Source of the DNA: Octopus vulgaris
Taxonomy: Eukaryota
Direction of reading: 5' to 3'
DNA: 64,000 nucleotides
Assembly (NCBI GenBank): GCA_951406725.2
Contig: OX597815.1
Location: 143,716,001 to 143,780,000 of the forward strand
Positions 13,201 to 26,640 of the stretch are shown one piece after another; the stretch's first letter is position 1, and each line of letters starts with the position of its first letter. The position numbers were made by a program, and so were the translations under genes. The notes beneath the pieces were generated by a model. That model saw nothing but the letters and a program-made list of their open reading frames with translations, was not told the DNA's origin and did no database searches.

Positions 13201-14234
13201 CTCTGATGTCGGACGATCTGTGAAAGCCATGATACACAATTCTTCCATAGACGAAAATAATGAAAAGAGAAAATTTTAAAATATATGGAGATGGAAAATA
13301 TGTAAAACGTTGATATCTATTCCCTTGTCTTTTTAGATTGTATATTTATCACTTTTACCTCTATACTATATTCGATCAGCTTGGTGTCTGATCGGATCGT
13401 CATCAAATTGTTATACCTGAATATATATATACATAGCACCAAACTGAATTCTAACTTTGTATACATAGTACCAGACAAGTAGTCTTGATTTCTAAACAAA
13501 TGCATAAAAAACTTTAATGCAGGTTTTATTCACTGTAGCACATGTACATATGTTACAGCCAAGTTACAGCTAATATAATTTCCTAGTTCAAATCCTATCT
13601 GGTATCATGTGCATATCCAAGAATAAGAAATCTGATGACAAAAAGAGTAAATCAGATCGAATCAATATCCGGATGTAAATATTAACATTAAAAAGAAATT
13701 ACAGATGAGTTTAAATTCTGAAAATAATTAGTCTAATATTACGCCAGTGTTGTATAATTAGCCTACAAAACACATCCTTGTCACACTTATGTGACTGAAT
13801 TATAACCAGGAAATCCTGTTAGACTCATATAACTCACATACCATTCGTCTCAAATTTTTCTGTATACCGAATGTCGTCTATCCAACAAGCTTTATTCCCC
13901 TTATTTAATTATTGCAGCACAATTTAGTCACGCTGCCTGTTACTCATGTGAGTGTAACTGTTATCCCACAACCTTATCACACTATTCTGCTACGTTCTAA
14001 GTTCAAATTCTAAAGCAGATATACCCCTTCGCTTCGACTGTAAGAATAGGTACAAGTAATACAATGTTGTCGAGTTAATCGGTAATAAATCTTCGATCAC
14101 AGCCCGTGAATTACTTTACACAGACGATTGTACCAAAGTCACAAATTTGGACGAGAACCTACAGCTCCTTGCAAAGTAAATTAAAAGACCATCAATCAAC
14201 TATGGCTTTTCGATCAACACCGGGTAAAAAGATA

Positions 14235-14561
14235 AAGATCCTCTTCGGTCATGAATGACCATATGATTGCACCTAGAAAGTTACCCTCCGAGGCACAAGT
14301 CCGGGCAAGGTTGTTTATGGAAGATCAACAGTCGCCCATGCATACCAGCCTTCCCTCTCCACGCCACCGATGTTATCCAAGGGAAAGGCAAATGCCGATA
14401 CAGTTTGGCACCAGTGACGTCGCAACTCATTTCTACAGCTGAGTGAACTGGAGCAACGTGAAATAAAGTGTCTTGCTCAAGAACACAAAACGCAACCCGG
14501 TCCGAGAATCGAACTCACTACATCATGATAGTGAGCCCGACGCTCACAGAGCCATGCACCT
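14235..14561 (-). mobile_element. tRNA-derived SINE family D
   Basis: Minus-strand head AGGTGCATGGCTC..GAGTTCGATTCTCGGACCGGG, then GTGTTCTTGAGCAAGACACTTTATTTCAC; TCAACACC on both flanks. Confidence 0.85.
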
Positions 14562-14659
14562 TCAACACCAATAAAACAGAAATTAAACTAGTCGTTGCCA
14601 TGATAACCATCATCATCGGCGACAACAGTAGCAATAGTGACTACAGCTGTCCACCGAGC

Positions 14660-15210
14660 ATTTCTTGTCCTCAAGTATTGCTGTAGAGCCTCGGTATGTT
14701 ACAGAAAACACAGAGCACAACTCGAAACTTTAAGACTCCAAAGAAAACTACCTCACATACCAAGGAGGAAGTGTCAAGACAGCGAGATCAAAGTGATCTT
14801 ATTGCGAGCAAAGATTTCGTTCTTGAGGACATAGAAACCAAACTGCATTTGGACTGGGTGAGGCATGTTGTTCGCATGTTCAGCGCTATAATTTGCACCC
14901 AGTCTTAAGTTGCAAAGATTCTATAAGTTGCAAAGAGGCACACAACAACAGAAAGGCCAAAAGAAGAGTTAAAACAATGATCTCAGGTTCACGTTGAAAC
15001 GTTGCAAAAGATCGCATTGGTTGGTGGTTCATCTGTAGCCAATAACGTGATAGAGACACACTGACTTCTATAAAAGAGAAACTAGTCCGCTCTGCCCCAA
15101 ACCCAGAAACAAGTATCAACTACTCTGTCAACTGTGTATATGTGCCTCGCATGTGCAAGAACCTTCAGTTCGTGAATTGATTTGCTTGCACACGTGCGTA
15201 TTCATTCCTG
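14660..15210 (+). mobile_element. RTE (BovB-like) LINE 3' fragment, degenerate
   Basis: LHLDWVRHVVRM (cf. LRWAGHVVRM), GQKK motif, terminal C2H2-like CLACARTFSS*IDLLAHVRIH at ~15143-15205. Confidence 0.75.
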
Positions 15211-16004
15211 GAAGACAGCATTAAGTAGATCATCGTCGGAAAACTCAGACAAAAGGCTGAGAGGAAAAGAATAAATCACAGTCACTCATTAATCCGCTCC
15301 AGTAAGTATATGAAGAATGAGGCACTGGAACAAACGCTCGGAGTGAAGATGAGTGAAGGTGAGTGAAAAGTAGATTAAAATTTAAACATAACACGCGAGT
15401 ATTTAATATACTTCTACTTAAGTGTCCGACACCACTCAATTCAACATGACCGAGCGTTGCTCAGCAGGAATACAAAGGGTGCCGTGAAAATGTTCAAGTA
15501 GAAGAACTTTTGATGGCGACTTCGTGCTAAACATGTTGGCGCCTTTTCAAAATGTCAGAGCCTCGTTTCTAATTAGCAGTGAGAATATGGTTGTTAGTTG
15601 TTGTGGCAATGGTACTGGTGGTGGTGATGGTAGTGATGGTATTGGAGGTGGAGGTGTTAGTGGTGTCGGTTAATGTTGACGGCGACGGTAGCGATAGTAG
15701 TAGTGGAATTGGTGATGGTGGAGATGGAGGTGGAGGTGGAGGTGGTGGTGTTGACGGAAAAATATGTTTCATCAAAACTAAAAATATATCTTCTATTTGA
15801 TATGTTTCCATCTGTATCTATGATTCATCATCACTACTCTTCTAGACATCTTCATCGTCATCATCATCATCATCATCATCATCATCAAGATCATCATCAA
15901 GATCATCATCATCGTTGTCGTCATCGTCATCACCGACTTTATCACCTTCGTCATCATCAGCATCACCAGAAGCACCAGTAATCCGACATTACAATGTATA
16001 TCTT

Positions 16005-16038
<34 letters not shown>

Positions 16039-16367
16039 TTAACAATAACAACACTGTATTTCTCCTTTAGACTTTAGGCTCTACATTTTGTGAGTGAAGC
16101 TTAGGAATGTAAACTACAGTATATAACAGGTGCTTATGTTATTCTACAATAGAAGAACGAAAGATGAAGTCGACCCCAGTATAACAATCACTGTAGGTTA
16201 CTTAGGACATACGCCCCTCCGATTCAATTAACAAACGGACTGAGCACTCTGCTGTTACACCACCCTATAGTGGGCTCATCATTCCACTGATTCAGTCATC
16301 CACTGGTTTTCTCATTACACACACACGTATATAATTAGCTCATCTCTCTATTACTCAATCTTCCATA

Positions 16368-17325
16368 ACTCGCCGCCTTATATACTAACAAGTATGTTAA
16401 AGGTTTGTAAGCCAAAAGAGAATCCTCCTCTGTGTTAGCTATGCGTTGTTTTCATGTTTTAAGTATATTTCTACAGATTTTCTATAGTATTTTGAGCCAG
16501 CACTGAATGTTATGATACTTCATACACGAATACGTCCACGTAAACAATGCGACCGAAGATAGAAAAATAGGAAATGAGTGTACGTGCACATTTCAGGAGC
16601 TCTTGCTCCTTCTTCAGCACCATCACGCATCCCATCAACACTCATATTTCCACTTAACTACCAATCATTTACTCCCTCTTTATTCACGTTCCATTGCATT
16701 TGCTATACCATTCTATCGGAGTGACTAAGGAAGGTAGTATACGATACTCCATACCATCACCCTTTCTGCACTACCACTCATTATTCCCTTTTCTCTGAGC
16801 CGTTACTATTAACAATTTTTAAGTGTATCTCCACTGCACCGCATCTAACCCATTAACCATCCGCAAATACATTGCTTAAATAGCCACTAAGTTTAGCAGT
16901 GCAACACTATTGGATAGACCAATTTACATATTAAACACATTCCTGATAACTGGTACATGCATATTTACTACTGGTAGGAACACCGTATTTCCAACCATAA
17001 TATATTACCAAGTATATTAAATGGTTGCAGTACTGTGTCCTACTCTGTGTTAGCAGTGCGTTGTTTTCATTTTGTAAGTGATGTTGAAGAAGGAACAGTA
17101 ACTCACGAATTATGCATATACACCCATTAGTTATTTTTCTAGCTTCGATTGCATTGTTTACTTAGCGTATTCGTGTATGAAATATCATAACTTTCAATGC
17201 GGCTCAAAATTCTATAGAAAACCTGTAGAAATATACATAAAACTAAAATGAAAACAACGCAAAGCAGGATACAGTATTGGTTTTTAAATCTTTAATATAC
17301 TTTGTTAGTATATAAGGCGACGAGC
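16368..17325. mobile_element. Inverted-repeat structure (arms ~16368-16620 and ~17079-17325) with a hammerhead-like motif; probable Penelope-like element terminal-repeat remnant
   Basis: Arms are reverse-complementary by eye (e.g. CATTGTTTAC, CGTATTCGTGTATGAA, GGCTCAAAAT, CTGTAGAAATATAC); CUGAAGA..GAAA core at 16584-16620 (-). Confidence 0.6.
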
Positions 17326-17526
17326 GGACAGAATCTTAGCACGCCGGACAAAATGGTTAGCGGTATTTCGTCCGTCTTTACGTTCTGACTTCACATTCCT
17401 CCAAAGTTGACTTTGCTTTTCCTCGTTTCGGTGTCAATAAAATAAATACCAGCTGAGTACTGGGGTTGATGTAATCGACTTAACCCCTGCCTTGAAATTG
17501 CTGGCCTTGAGCCAAAATTTGAAACC
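17315..17526 (+). mobile_element. SINE family A
   Basis: Family head and central domain; degenerate TSD AATATACTT(T)G(T/G)TAGTATA on both sides. Confidence 0.85.
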
Positions 17527-18175
17527 AATATACTTGGTAGTATATTATGGTTTCAAAACGAAATTCAGTGTCTCTCACAGCAATTAATACTTACTATTAA
17601 CATCTTACCGTTATCCCTCTCAAGTTCTATAACAATCTATCACTCTTTACCACGTACACTTTGCAATCTGTTTCTGTCATCGTAGTCTTGCAGCTTTTAC
17701 TACTCTCATCCTAATTTTTCAATTATCACAGTGTCTTCTATTCACCTTCTCAGACACGTTACCTCAAGTGAACGAACTAATCAGAATAGTGAGGAATTTC
17801 TATTGTTATGAGATAAAATATGATCTCATTAATGCCGGTACCACGATAGAAAAAAAAAAAGCTCGTTACATTCTGTTAAGTGGTTGGCAAACGAGCGAAG
17901 TCATTCAACGAAGGGTTGAAAGGACTTTTCACTCTTACTGGGGAAATGAAAACCCCTCTAGTGTCGGTGCCTTTCTGTAAAATGGTCGGAGGTACGAAGA
18001 GCAACCTCTCATAGAAACCATGACAAAATTGAAATGTCCGAGAGAGATGTCCTCCGGCTCGTCTATGAATACGGTGACGGCGAATAAGAACTGACCCAGA
18101 CCGCGAAGATACGTCTAATCCATACTAGCATTAAATGAATATGATTATATAAAAGCACGAACATATGTATATAGA

Positions 18176-18343
18176 TATGTGTGTGTGTGCACGTGTGTGT
18201 GCACGTGTGTGTGCACGTGTGTGTGTGTGTGCACGTGTGTGTGCATGTGTGTGTATGTGCACGTGTGTGTGCATGTGTGTGTGTGCACGTGTGTGTGTGC
18301 ACGTGTGCATGTGTGTGCATGTGTGTGTGTATGTGTGTGTGTA

Positions 18344-18402
<59 letters not shown>
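18176..18402. repeat. (TG)n / TGTGCACG compound repeat
   Basis: Direct reading. Confidence 0.9.
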
Positions 18403-18403
<1 letters not shown>

Positions 18404-19476
18404 GTGTATGTGTATTTATATATAGCCAGACTGAAGACTATATTAGACAGCAGTTGGATGTCGTCAGTCTGTCTTCGCTATATCCATTCAACCCTATTAC
18501 CGATAGGTAGACATTTAGTCGTTCGTTATACCCTAGTTTTTCATAAACACTCTTGTAGGCGGACCAATTGCTAAAAGACAAATATAGAGTCGCAGTACGA
18601 GCTCAGTAGAACCGGAAGTGATATGAAAATAGGAGCGGAAGTACTTCGAAGTAATTCACTTATCGGTATGGTGCAAATTGTGTCTTGCAAATTATTCACT
18701 AAACAAACAAGAGTTAGAAATAATAACAATGTGCCACAGTAATACAAGGTCAACAATGAGAAGAGGAAAGAGGCTATAGTCGGCAATTTAATGATTCCCA
18801 TCCTTGGTTTTTATAAACCGAGCCGAGAGTGATGAAAGGTAAATACCTCCTTCACTGAAACTTGATCCCAAAACAGACGACAAAACAAGGCGACTTGGTA
18901 GCCTGTAGGTGGTAGTTCGAGTGTCTAGAAATACCAGCAAAATTTCTCTCGACTCGTATCGTGCTCGCTTAAGAAAATAATGGCACATTGAATTATGCAG
19001 TCTTCGAAATTATGACGGGATGGTCAAGTCAGGATGGCATTAAGTGTAAGTTTATTCCATCGAAGTGAGCATGGGGTTAAACAACAAGAACAACAACAGA
19101 AGTTTTGTTACCTTTCCTTTTTGCTGCTACCATACTTTTGCTTTCTAAACAAACGAGGTGATGTTCCATATGTTCCGCATGCTTTATAAAATGTCCCATC
19201 CTGAATTTGGTTCAACTAAGAATTTTTTCATGGTTCAATTCGCGAAAATAAAATATAAAACTAAAGCAAAACCAAACAATACACACTTAGACCTTGACCT
19301 TGATCCTAACTCTAGACTTCAAAGAGATTTTACACCAACCCAGTGAGCGTCATCGCTCAAGAACCTGTTTCACTTCATAATACATTAAGATTGCATAACG
19401 AAATACCGCATCCCTACAAGTCATTAACATTTTCGTACCAGCTTCCAGGAATGTGTCTAATATGCAAAGGTGGTAA

Positions 19477-19912
19477 GGCGGCGAGCTAGCAGAAACGTTA
19501 GTACGCCGGGCGAAATGCTTAGCGGCATTTCGTCTGCCATTACGTTCTGAGTTCAAATTACGCCGAGGTCGACTTTGCCTTTCATCCTTTCGGGGTCGAT
19601 AAATTAAGTGCCAGTTGTGTACTGAGGTCGATCTCATCGACTGCCCCCCCCCCATCAAAACTTTTTGGGCCTTGTGCCTAGAGTGGAAAAGAATACTTAA
19701 GGCGGCGAGCTAGTAGAAACGTTAGCACACCGAGCGAAATACTTAGCGGTATTTCGTCTGTCTTTACGTTCTGGGTTCAAATTCTGCCGAGTTCGATTTT
19801 GTCTTTCATCCTTTCGGGGTCGATAAATTAAGTACCAGTTTCATACTGAGGTCGATCTAATCGACTGACCAACTCCGCCAAAAGTTCGGGCCTTGTGCCT
19901 AGAGTAGAAAAG
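19477..19912 (+). mobile_element. Head-to-tail SINE family A dimer (19477-~19693 and 19701-~19912)
   Basis: Two full monomers inside one 17-bp TSD AATATG(C/T)AAAGGTGGTA (19459-19475 and 19913-19929). Confidence 0.9.
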
Positions 19913-20239
19913 AATATGTAAAGGTGGTATATCTAATAATGTTACACCACTGTATAAGCAATGAGTTCGTGGATGATTAAGGGTTAGATGGGTGCTATTG
20001 AAGGGGCAAAAACTCCCGAAATATGGTATATACGCCCATTACATTTTTTTCATCTTTGATTTCATTGTTTGTTTACACCTGATGTCTCGAATACGAAACG
20101 TCGTAGCAAAAGTCAGTGCTGGCTATAATCTCTACAGAATATCTGTCGGGATAATCCTAACAAGTGATGTAAAGTGTGCAGCTAACACTGTCCATCAAAA
20201 TGTTGACTTATAAAAATGTTTAATATATTTTATAGCGTA

Positions 20240-20609
20240 CTAGCAGTATCGCCCGGCGTTGCTTGAGTTTGTAAGGGAAATAACTATAAAGCATTTTTAG
20301 AGAGTTATAGCCAAAAAATAGAAAAAAGTGGGAAAAAAATTATGAGAGTTAAAAAGGTCGAGTTGCGTCCCCTAGACAGTCTGTGGTTTGTGTTTCTGAT
20401 TCTCGACCCCATGTCGAATTTATCGATTTTTTTCAGAACTGGGGGGAACTTTTCAAAATTTTCGCTGCGTTAGTTTTGAATTATGACATTGGGCTATGTG
20501 TGTGTCAAGTTTCATCAGAATCGGTTGAAAGCCATGGTCAGGGTGAGGGTACAACCTGACAGACACACAGACACACACACAGACAAACTGCCGTTTATAT
20601 ATAGAGAGA
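20240..20609 (-). mobile_element. Non-autonomous Helitron
   Basis: Minus strand: A|TCTCTCTATATATAAA 5' end, subterminal GC-rich hairpin remnant (..AGCAACGCCGGG), CTAG|T 3' end; 3' ~90 bp shared with 51980-52363. Confidence 0.8.
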
Positions 20610-21368
20610 TTATGGTATTATGCATAACGAAATACAGCGTTCCTACAAGCCATTAGTTTAACATTTCCTTCGTTAATCAATCCATTATGGAAAATCCTAA
20701 AAGTCAAAATTTCCATTTCTCTCGATTGCAAGGCTACCCTTTGATGGATACATGTGATTGCAAGCCTGATATATTTATTTATCACACTTTTATAACACTT
20801 GAGATTGCTTTCCAGAAGAGAAATACATGTGACTTGAATGTTGTAATGTTCATGTGTTTATCAGAACACTACAGATATTACTGAAATAAAATGAATTCAC
20901 TTCAACAAGAATCAAAACCTGCTCCCTTTATTCTGTTCGTCTAACGGTGGTATAAATGAATATGTCATGATTAAGGATGAGAGAAATGGAGAAGATCTTG
21001 GTACTATAAGCAAACAATATCCACATTTATTACTATTTGTTGCTTTTGTTGCTTGCTGTGTTAATGTATATCTTATGAGAAATATACTCGGGTATAAATC
21101 AGCTTAGATGCCCAAGTTATATATCATCAGGTCCAGTTGAAAGGAAATCGTGCAACAAGCTGATGGAAATGTTCGCCAATTTTATAATGATATTGCTGGT
21201 TACACCAGTGAGCTCGACCACCTCATAGTACCTATAGTATTACTAAGCTTGACCACTTCATAGTACCTCTTACATCGTTGATCTGTACTTGTACATAGTG
21301 ATATAGTGCCTATTTTAAACTAGATAGCAGATTGTTACTTTAACCATAACTCTTAGAAATAACATAGC

Positions 21369-21426
21369 CATACATACACACATACATACATACATACATA
21401 CATACATACATACAAACATACATACA

Positions 21427-21460
<34 letters not shown>

Positions 21461-21720
21461 CATACATACATACATACATACCTACATACATACATACATA
21501 CATACATACATACACAATACATACATACATACATACATACATACATACATACATACATACATACATGCATGCATACATACATGCATACATACATAATACA
21601 TACATACATACATACATACATGCATAATATACATTCATACATACATACATACATACATACATACATACATACATACATACATACATACATACATACACAC
21701 GTACGTACGTACGTACATGC
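21369..21720. repeat. (CATA)n microsatellite
   Basis: Direct reading. Confidence 0.95.
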
Positions 21721-23084
21721 ATATAATTGTGGTAGTAGTTCCATTATTTTTTCATTGCGGCCATAGTTTGTGCTTACAATATAAGATCATGTATGCTGAA
21801 AAGAAAAATATGGTGGGGACGGGAGCTCCAGAGGGATATAATAATGTGAAAGATGGATCAGATCATGTGTTTATTTTGCTGGATGTCTGAAGGTGGGCGT
21901 ACAGCAGTAACAAGTGAAGTGGGTTAGAGTAGAGGGAAATGGTTTAGTGCATAGTAAGAAAGTTTATAGAAACGAACAAAGGCTGTTGTTGTAACAGTAT
22001 AAACGCTAAAGGAGGACGCATATTGACGACGAATCAGTGTTGGTAAATTGTTAGTAGACTATGGTCTGAGGAATATATACACAAAGAATTGCTTGTTTCG
22101 AAGAATTTCTCCATAGAAATTATATTTATCTCCAAACCAATGGAGATTAATTTACGTAAAATTTCGCATCAATATGTAAATGTTTTGAAACTTATTATTA
22201 ATTGCTTTGTTCTACGTAACAACAACAATAACTATAACTACAACAGCGACAGCAAGTAGCAATGACAACAACAGTCGCAGCAACAAGAGCAAAAACAAAA
22301 CAAACAATATATTTTGGAATATTTTAGAAGATAATATCTCCAAAGCTAAATATTTCAGTTGTTAAATAACTCAACAGCGAAATTCCTCTGGAACTAACAG
22401 AGGAGCTAAATACGCCTTAACCCACTATTTGTAACATGCTAGGACGAAGTGAAAACATCGTGACCTCAACAGATAGGCTATTAATTTTCCACTTAAAGAT
22501 TTAGTTCTTTGTGAAGTAAAACCAAAATCAACGGCGGAAAGAGATACTGAAATGAAGAAAAAAAAAACCCCAACAAAAACATTAAAACAGTCCCTCAGAG
22601 AGTCGGTAACAATATCGAGGTAAAAAACAAATAGATATAGATAAAAAATAAAACAAACTTGTTGCTATCAAAATGGTTCGTTTCATATCAGTGGAAAACT
22701 GAAGCAAAAACTATTTTCCAATGCCGAATATAAAATAGTTGGATTGATTAAGAAATCCATTTTATCCGATTTCTAAGACGTTCGGTGTTGATTCCTGTTA
22801 AACGAGAAGAACTAATCCCTGCTTCTATAGAGCGTTGTCTTTGAACGAAGCATGCAGATGTATTTCCTGATGCCTAGTGGATTTCTTTTAGTAATAAATA
22901 TTCTTTGATATTAACGAAACATTCTCAGTTCTGGTGCAGTTGTTAAGACCATATCTGCGAGATTTACCATGCTTAGTGGTAACATCTATAAAACAGGAAA
23001 TAAACAATTGCCAAAAAAGAAAAAGTAAGAAAACTCGAACACAAAGCGAAAGTAGTATTTTAAACTATTGGAATATGCTGAGGA

Positions 23085-23265
23085 GCGGACAAAATGTCTT
23101 GCGGCTTTTAGTCACGTCCCTTTACGATCTGTGTTCAAATCCCACCGAGGTCAACTTTACCTTTCTTCTTTCCAGGATCGATAAAATAAAGCGACAGTAA
23201 AGAACTAGGATAGATTTAATCAACAGTACCTTTCTTTCAAGTTTGAGGCCTTGTGGCTGTGTAAA
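23085..23265 (+). mobile_element. SINE family A, degenerate partial
   Basis: GTTCAAATCCCACCGAGGTCAACTTT..GATCGATAAAATAAAG. Confidence 0.65.
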
Positions 23266-23589
23266 AAATTCCTTTGACTTACTATAAATAGTGGAGCAGT
23301 AAACCACGAGGTAAAACACTGACAAACCAATATTACGATTGCAGTTTCAATCCTTGTTTGAGACCACTTCATGTCAACCACAATACTTTGAGAAAATTAT
23401 GAACATCATTAATTCATCTTAAAATTCGTGTAAGACGAATACATGATATTTTTTGTTCTCTTGAGAATCAAAACGGTCGAGTTGGAAACCAAAGATTCGG
23501 GGTTTCATTTCCACTCAGTACCAACGATGAAATGTATCCATTGGCTAATAGCTCAGTCGGCCAAGCGAGAATTAGGTACCACAAAATGG

Positions 23590-23621
<32 letters not shown>

Positions 23622-23866
23622 TGTATGTATGTATGTATGTATGTATGTATGTATGTATGTATATATATAATACATATATATATATATACACACATATATA
23701 TTTATATATATATATATATATATATATGTTTGTAATACCTACCTACTTTCTACACTGCCTTACCTCTCTAATCAGCTCATAATGGTACCCCCAAAACTCA
23801 GTGGTACTTATTAAACATAGTCCAACTATCCGGATCAGTAACTTGCGATCTCACCTATCTTGTCTA

Positions 23867-24019
23867 CAGTAATCCCTCGCCATATCACGGTTCACCTATC
23901 GCGGACTCCTCAGTATATCCGGATTTCTGTGGTCGATAAGTATTTATATTATTTTAGATATTAATTATTTCTGTGGGTGGTTTGGGAACGTAACACCCTC
24001 GAAAGTCGAAGGGTTACTG
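23867..24019. mobile_element. Tigger/pogo-like MITE (153 bp)
   Basis: TA|CAGTAATCCCTCG ... CGAAGGGTTACTG|TA: imperfect TIRs with TA duplication. Confidence 0.75.
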
Positions 24020-24998
24020 TATATGCATATATGGACAGGTGTTAATTTAGTGATAGCTTTAACAAACAAAGGTGAAGGGACGGGTTACATTGAGAGGTAA
24101 ATTAAAAGGTAGAAGGTATTAATAATAGGAAGCTGTGGAAGATGGGTGGGATTATACTGAGGGCTAATGTTAAATGGGGTAAGATAAAGAGGGTACCTTA
24201 TGAAGTAATATCAACAGGTCCAACTGAAGTGAGATTATATATAGATATATGATTAACGAGTAACGATGAAGGAATTTACACATGAGTGAATTAAACTTAT
24301 CATGATGTAAAATATTGTAAATATAATATGGTGTAAAATTATCAAGTAAAATGAAGAGTGGTCAGGTTAAAAAGGGCACTAACAAGGAGCTGTGAACGAA
24401 GGTTACTTCTGAAGATATTTTCCAAAGTTTGTTAAATTTCAACTAAACATGAGAGAAGTTACAGCAGGCACTAGATCAGGAGACTTTTAAAATCCCTGTC
24501 CAGTGAATTTTGAATAGAATTAACAGCTTCAAATACATGACTGTCACAGTTCCAGCGAATATTCTATTCAACTCCTAGCCATAATAGGGAATGTTGTTGT
24601 TGGAATAAGTAGGAAAGTCTCCGATTCATACTCAAGCAGGAATTATCTTCAACAGGACCACCCACTTTCAGTAACGATACATTAGCTAGAAGTGGCTTTG
24701 TTAAGACAATATTTGTCACAGACACACTAATAAGACAAACTCTTCAACTCTAATAACGTCGTCCAGATCACAGTACAACCTGAAAATGCACACCTGTATA
24801 TCGCCCAGTCAAAGGGAAAACTTGTAGTTGTAGAAATTTCTCAATCTACCATTCAGAGAATTTTGCCTTCACAAAGAATGATATATACAAAGCATCTACA
24901 ACACCCTCAGATGGCAGTGAAAGGAATTACTCGGGACTGACCATAAACATACTTAAAATTGTTATTATCAGCATTTTCATTCATTCAAGTCAAGAGAC

Positions 24999-25156
24999 AT
25001 CGATCCTGGTGTTCAACTGGTACTTATTTCATCGACCTCGAAAGGATGAAAGGTAAAGTCGACCTCGGCAGAATTTGAAGTCAGAACGTAGCGACGGACG
25101 AAATGCCGCTAAGCATTTCGTCCGGTGTGCTAACAATTCTGCCTACTCACCGCCCT
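24999..25156 (-). mobile_element. SINE family A
   Basis: Reverse complement of head and central domain. Confidence 0.85.
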
Positions 25157-25902
25157 TGAAAGGTTCCAAATATTAAAAAGTCTGCGGTATAATTTAATCA
25201 AAGATCAGAAACCTTGTTTAGGTGTTGACATCAGAGAAAATTCCTTTATGACAGCTTTCATAAGATCGAAATTTTACGACATATCGACTAGATTCTACTT
25301 CCAGATTCAAACAGTATTGCTGATTAATTGTCTCTTGATGACCTCAAGTTAGGATCAGACAGTCTCCTTCACACTATAGCAGTCCAGGAAGCAACATTAG
25401 TATTTCTGGTCTACAAGATAATCGTTCAGCTGATCCTCTTCACTCAATGAGTATGAGTTTACTCGTTACGTCGTACACACACATCTTCAGCCATTCACGG
25501 AATATTAAATTAACAAACGAACGTTGGTATGGCCTGTATTTTTCAGAATCCACTGAAGAGTTGCTGGGCTTTGTCTTCGATTTTCAATTTAATGGCGTAA
25601 GGTCCAGCTCATAAGCCTGAGTTTCCAAAGGAATTGGAAGAAATCTGTGGAGATTTTTCTGTCTTTTGACTTGAATAAATCCTCTAAGAAATAGATTGTG
25701 AAGCATGTACAACTACAAGTTTTCCATTGGAGAAGGAGGTATATAGGTGTGCATTTTCGGTTCCAGCATGATCTCGAAAATGTTATTAGAATTGAAGTTT
25801 GTCTTATACGAGTGTCTGTGAGAAATATCGTCTTAATAAATCGACAGCTAATTCTTTACAGACACATACGCACATATATTCATTCACATACATTCACGTG
25901 TA

Positions 25903-26032
<130 letters not shown>

Positions 26033-26337
26033 TAGATATTGATATAGATATATAGATATATACATACATACATTCACCCGTGCACACATGTATGAGCATA
26101 CCTACGGACATACACATAACATACGTATATTCTTGGAGAGAGTTATGTAATATGAAGACGGTCAGGTCACTTAGAATAAAGAACTCAAAGCGTGAAATAA
26201 AGGTGTTAAGTTTTATCATAACTGTGAGTCCAACAAAATATATATTTAGTTTCGCCTTGCTCGTGTTGTCTCTCCCTATCCCTTCGTTTCTCTCTCCCTC
26301 TCTCTCTCTCTATTATATATATATAAACACACACACG

Positions 26338-26372
26338 CTAGCAATGCACCCCGGTGTTGCCCGGGTTTATGA
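26338..26372 (-). mobile_element. Isolated Helitron-like 3' terminus
   Basis: Minus strand AAACCCGGGCAACACCGGGGTGCATTGCTAG: hairpin followed by CTAG. Confidence 0.5.
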
Positions 26373-26504
26373 CCTGCTGCATTGTATTATTTGTTCCTGT
26401 CTTATGGGTAGAATTCGCACACGAAGAATATGAAGCAAACAACTCTTCTGTATAACCATGTTTTTCGGTCACTTTCTGAGGAACAACGCCTCAGTTTCCG
26501 TGTA

Positions 26505-26640
26505 CCAAATTCAGCGAGGAGTCTTTGGTTGGCCTAGGGCTATGGTAGAAAATACTTGTCCAAGGTACAATGCAGAGAGACTGAACGTAGAACGATGTGG
26601 TTGGGAAGCAAACTTCTCAACCACACAGTCATTCATGCAC
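26505..26640. mobile_element. SINE family B fragment
   Basis: GGCTATGGTAGAAAATACTTGTCCAAGG..TGTGGTTGGGAAGCAAACTTC is the inverse of the head region of the 61139 element. Confidence 0.6.
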
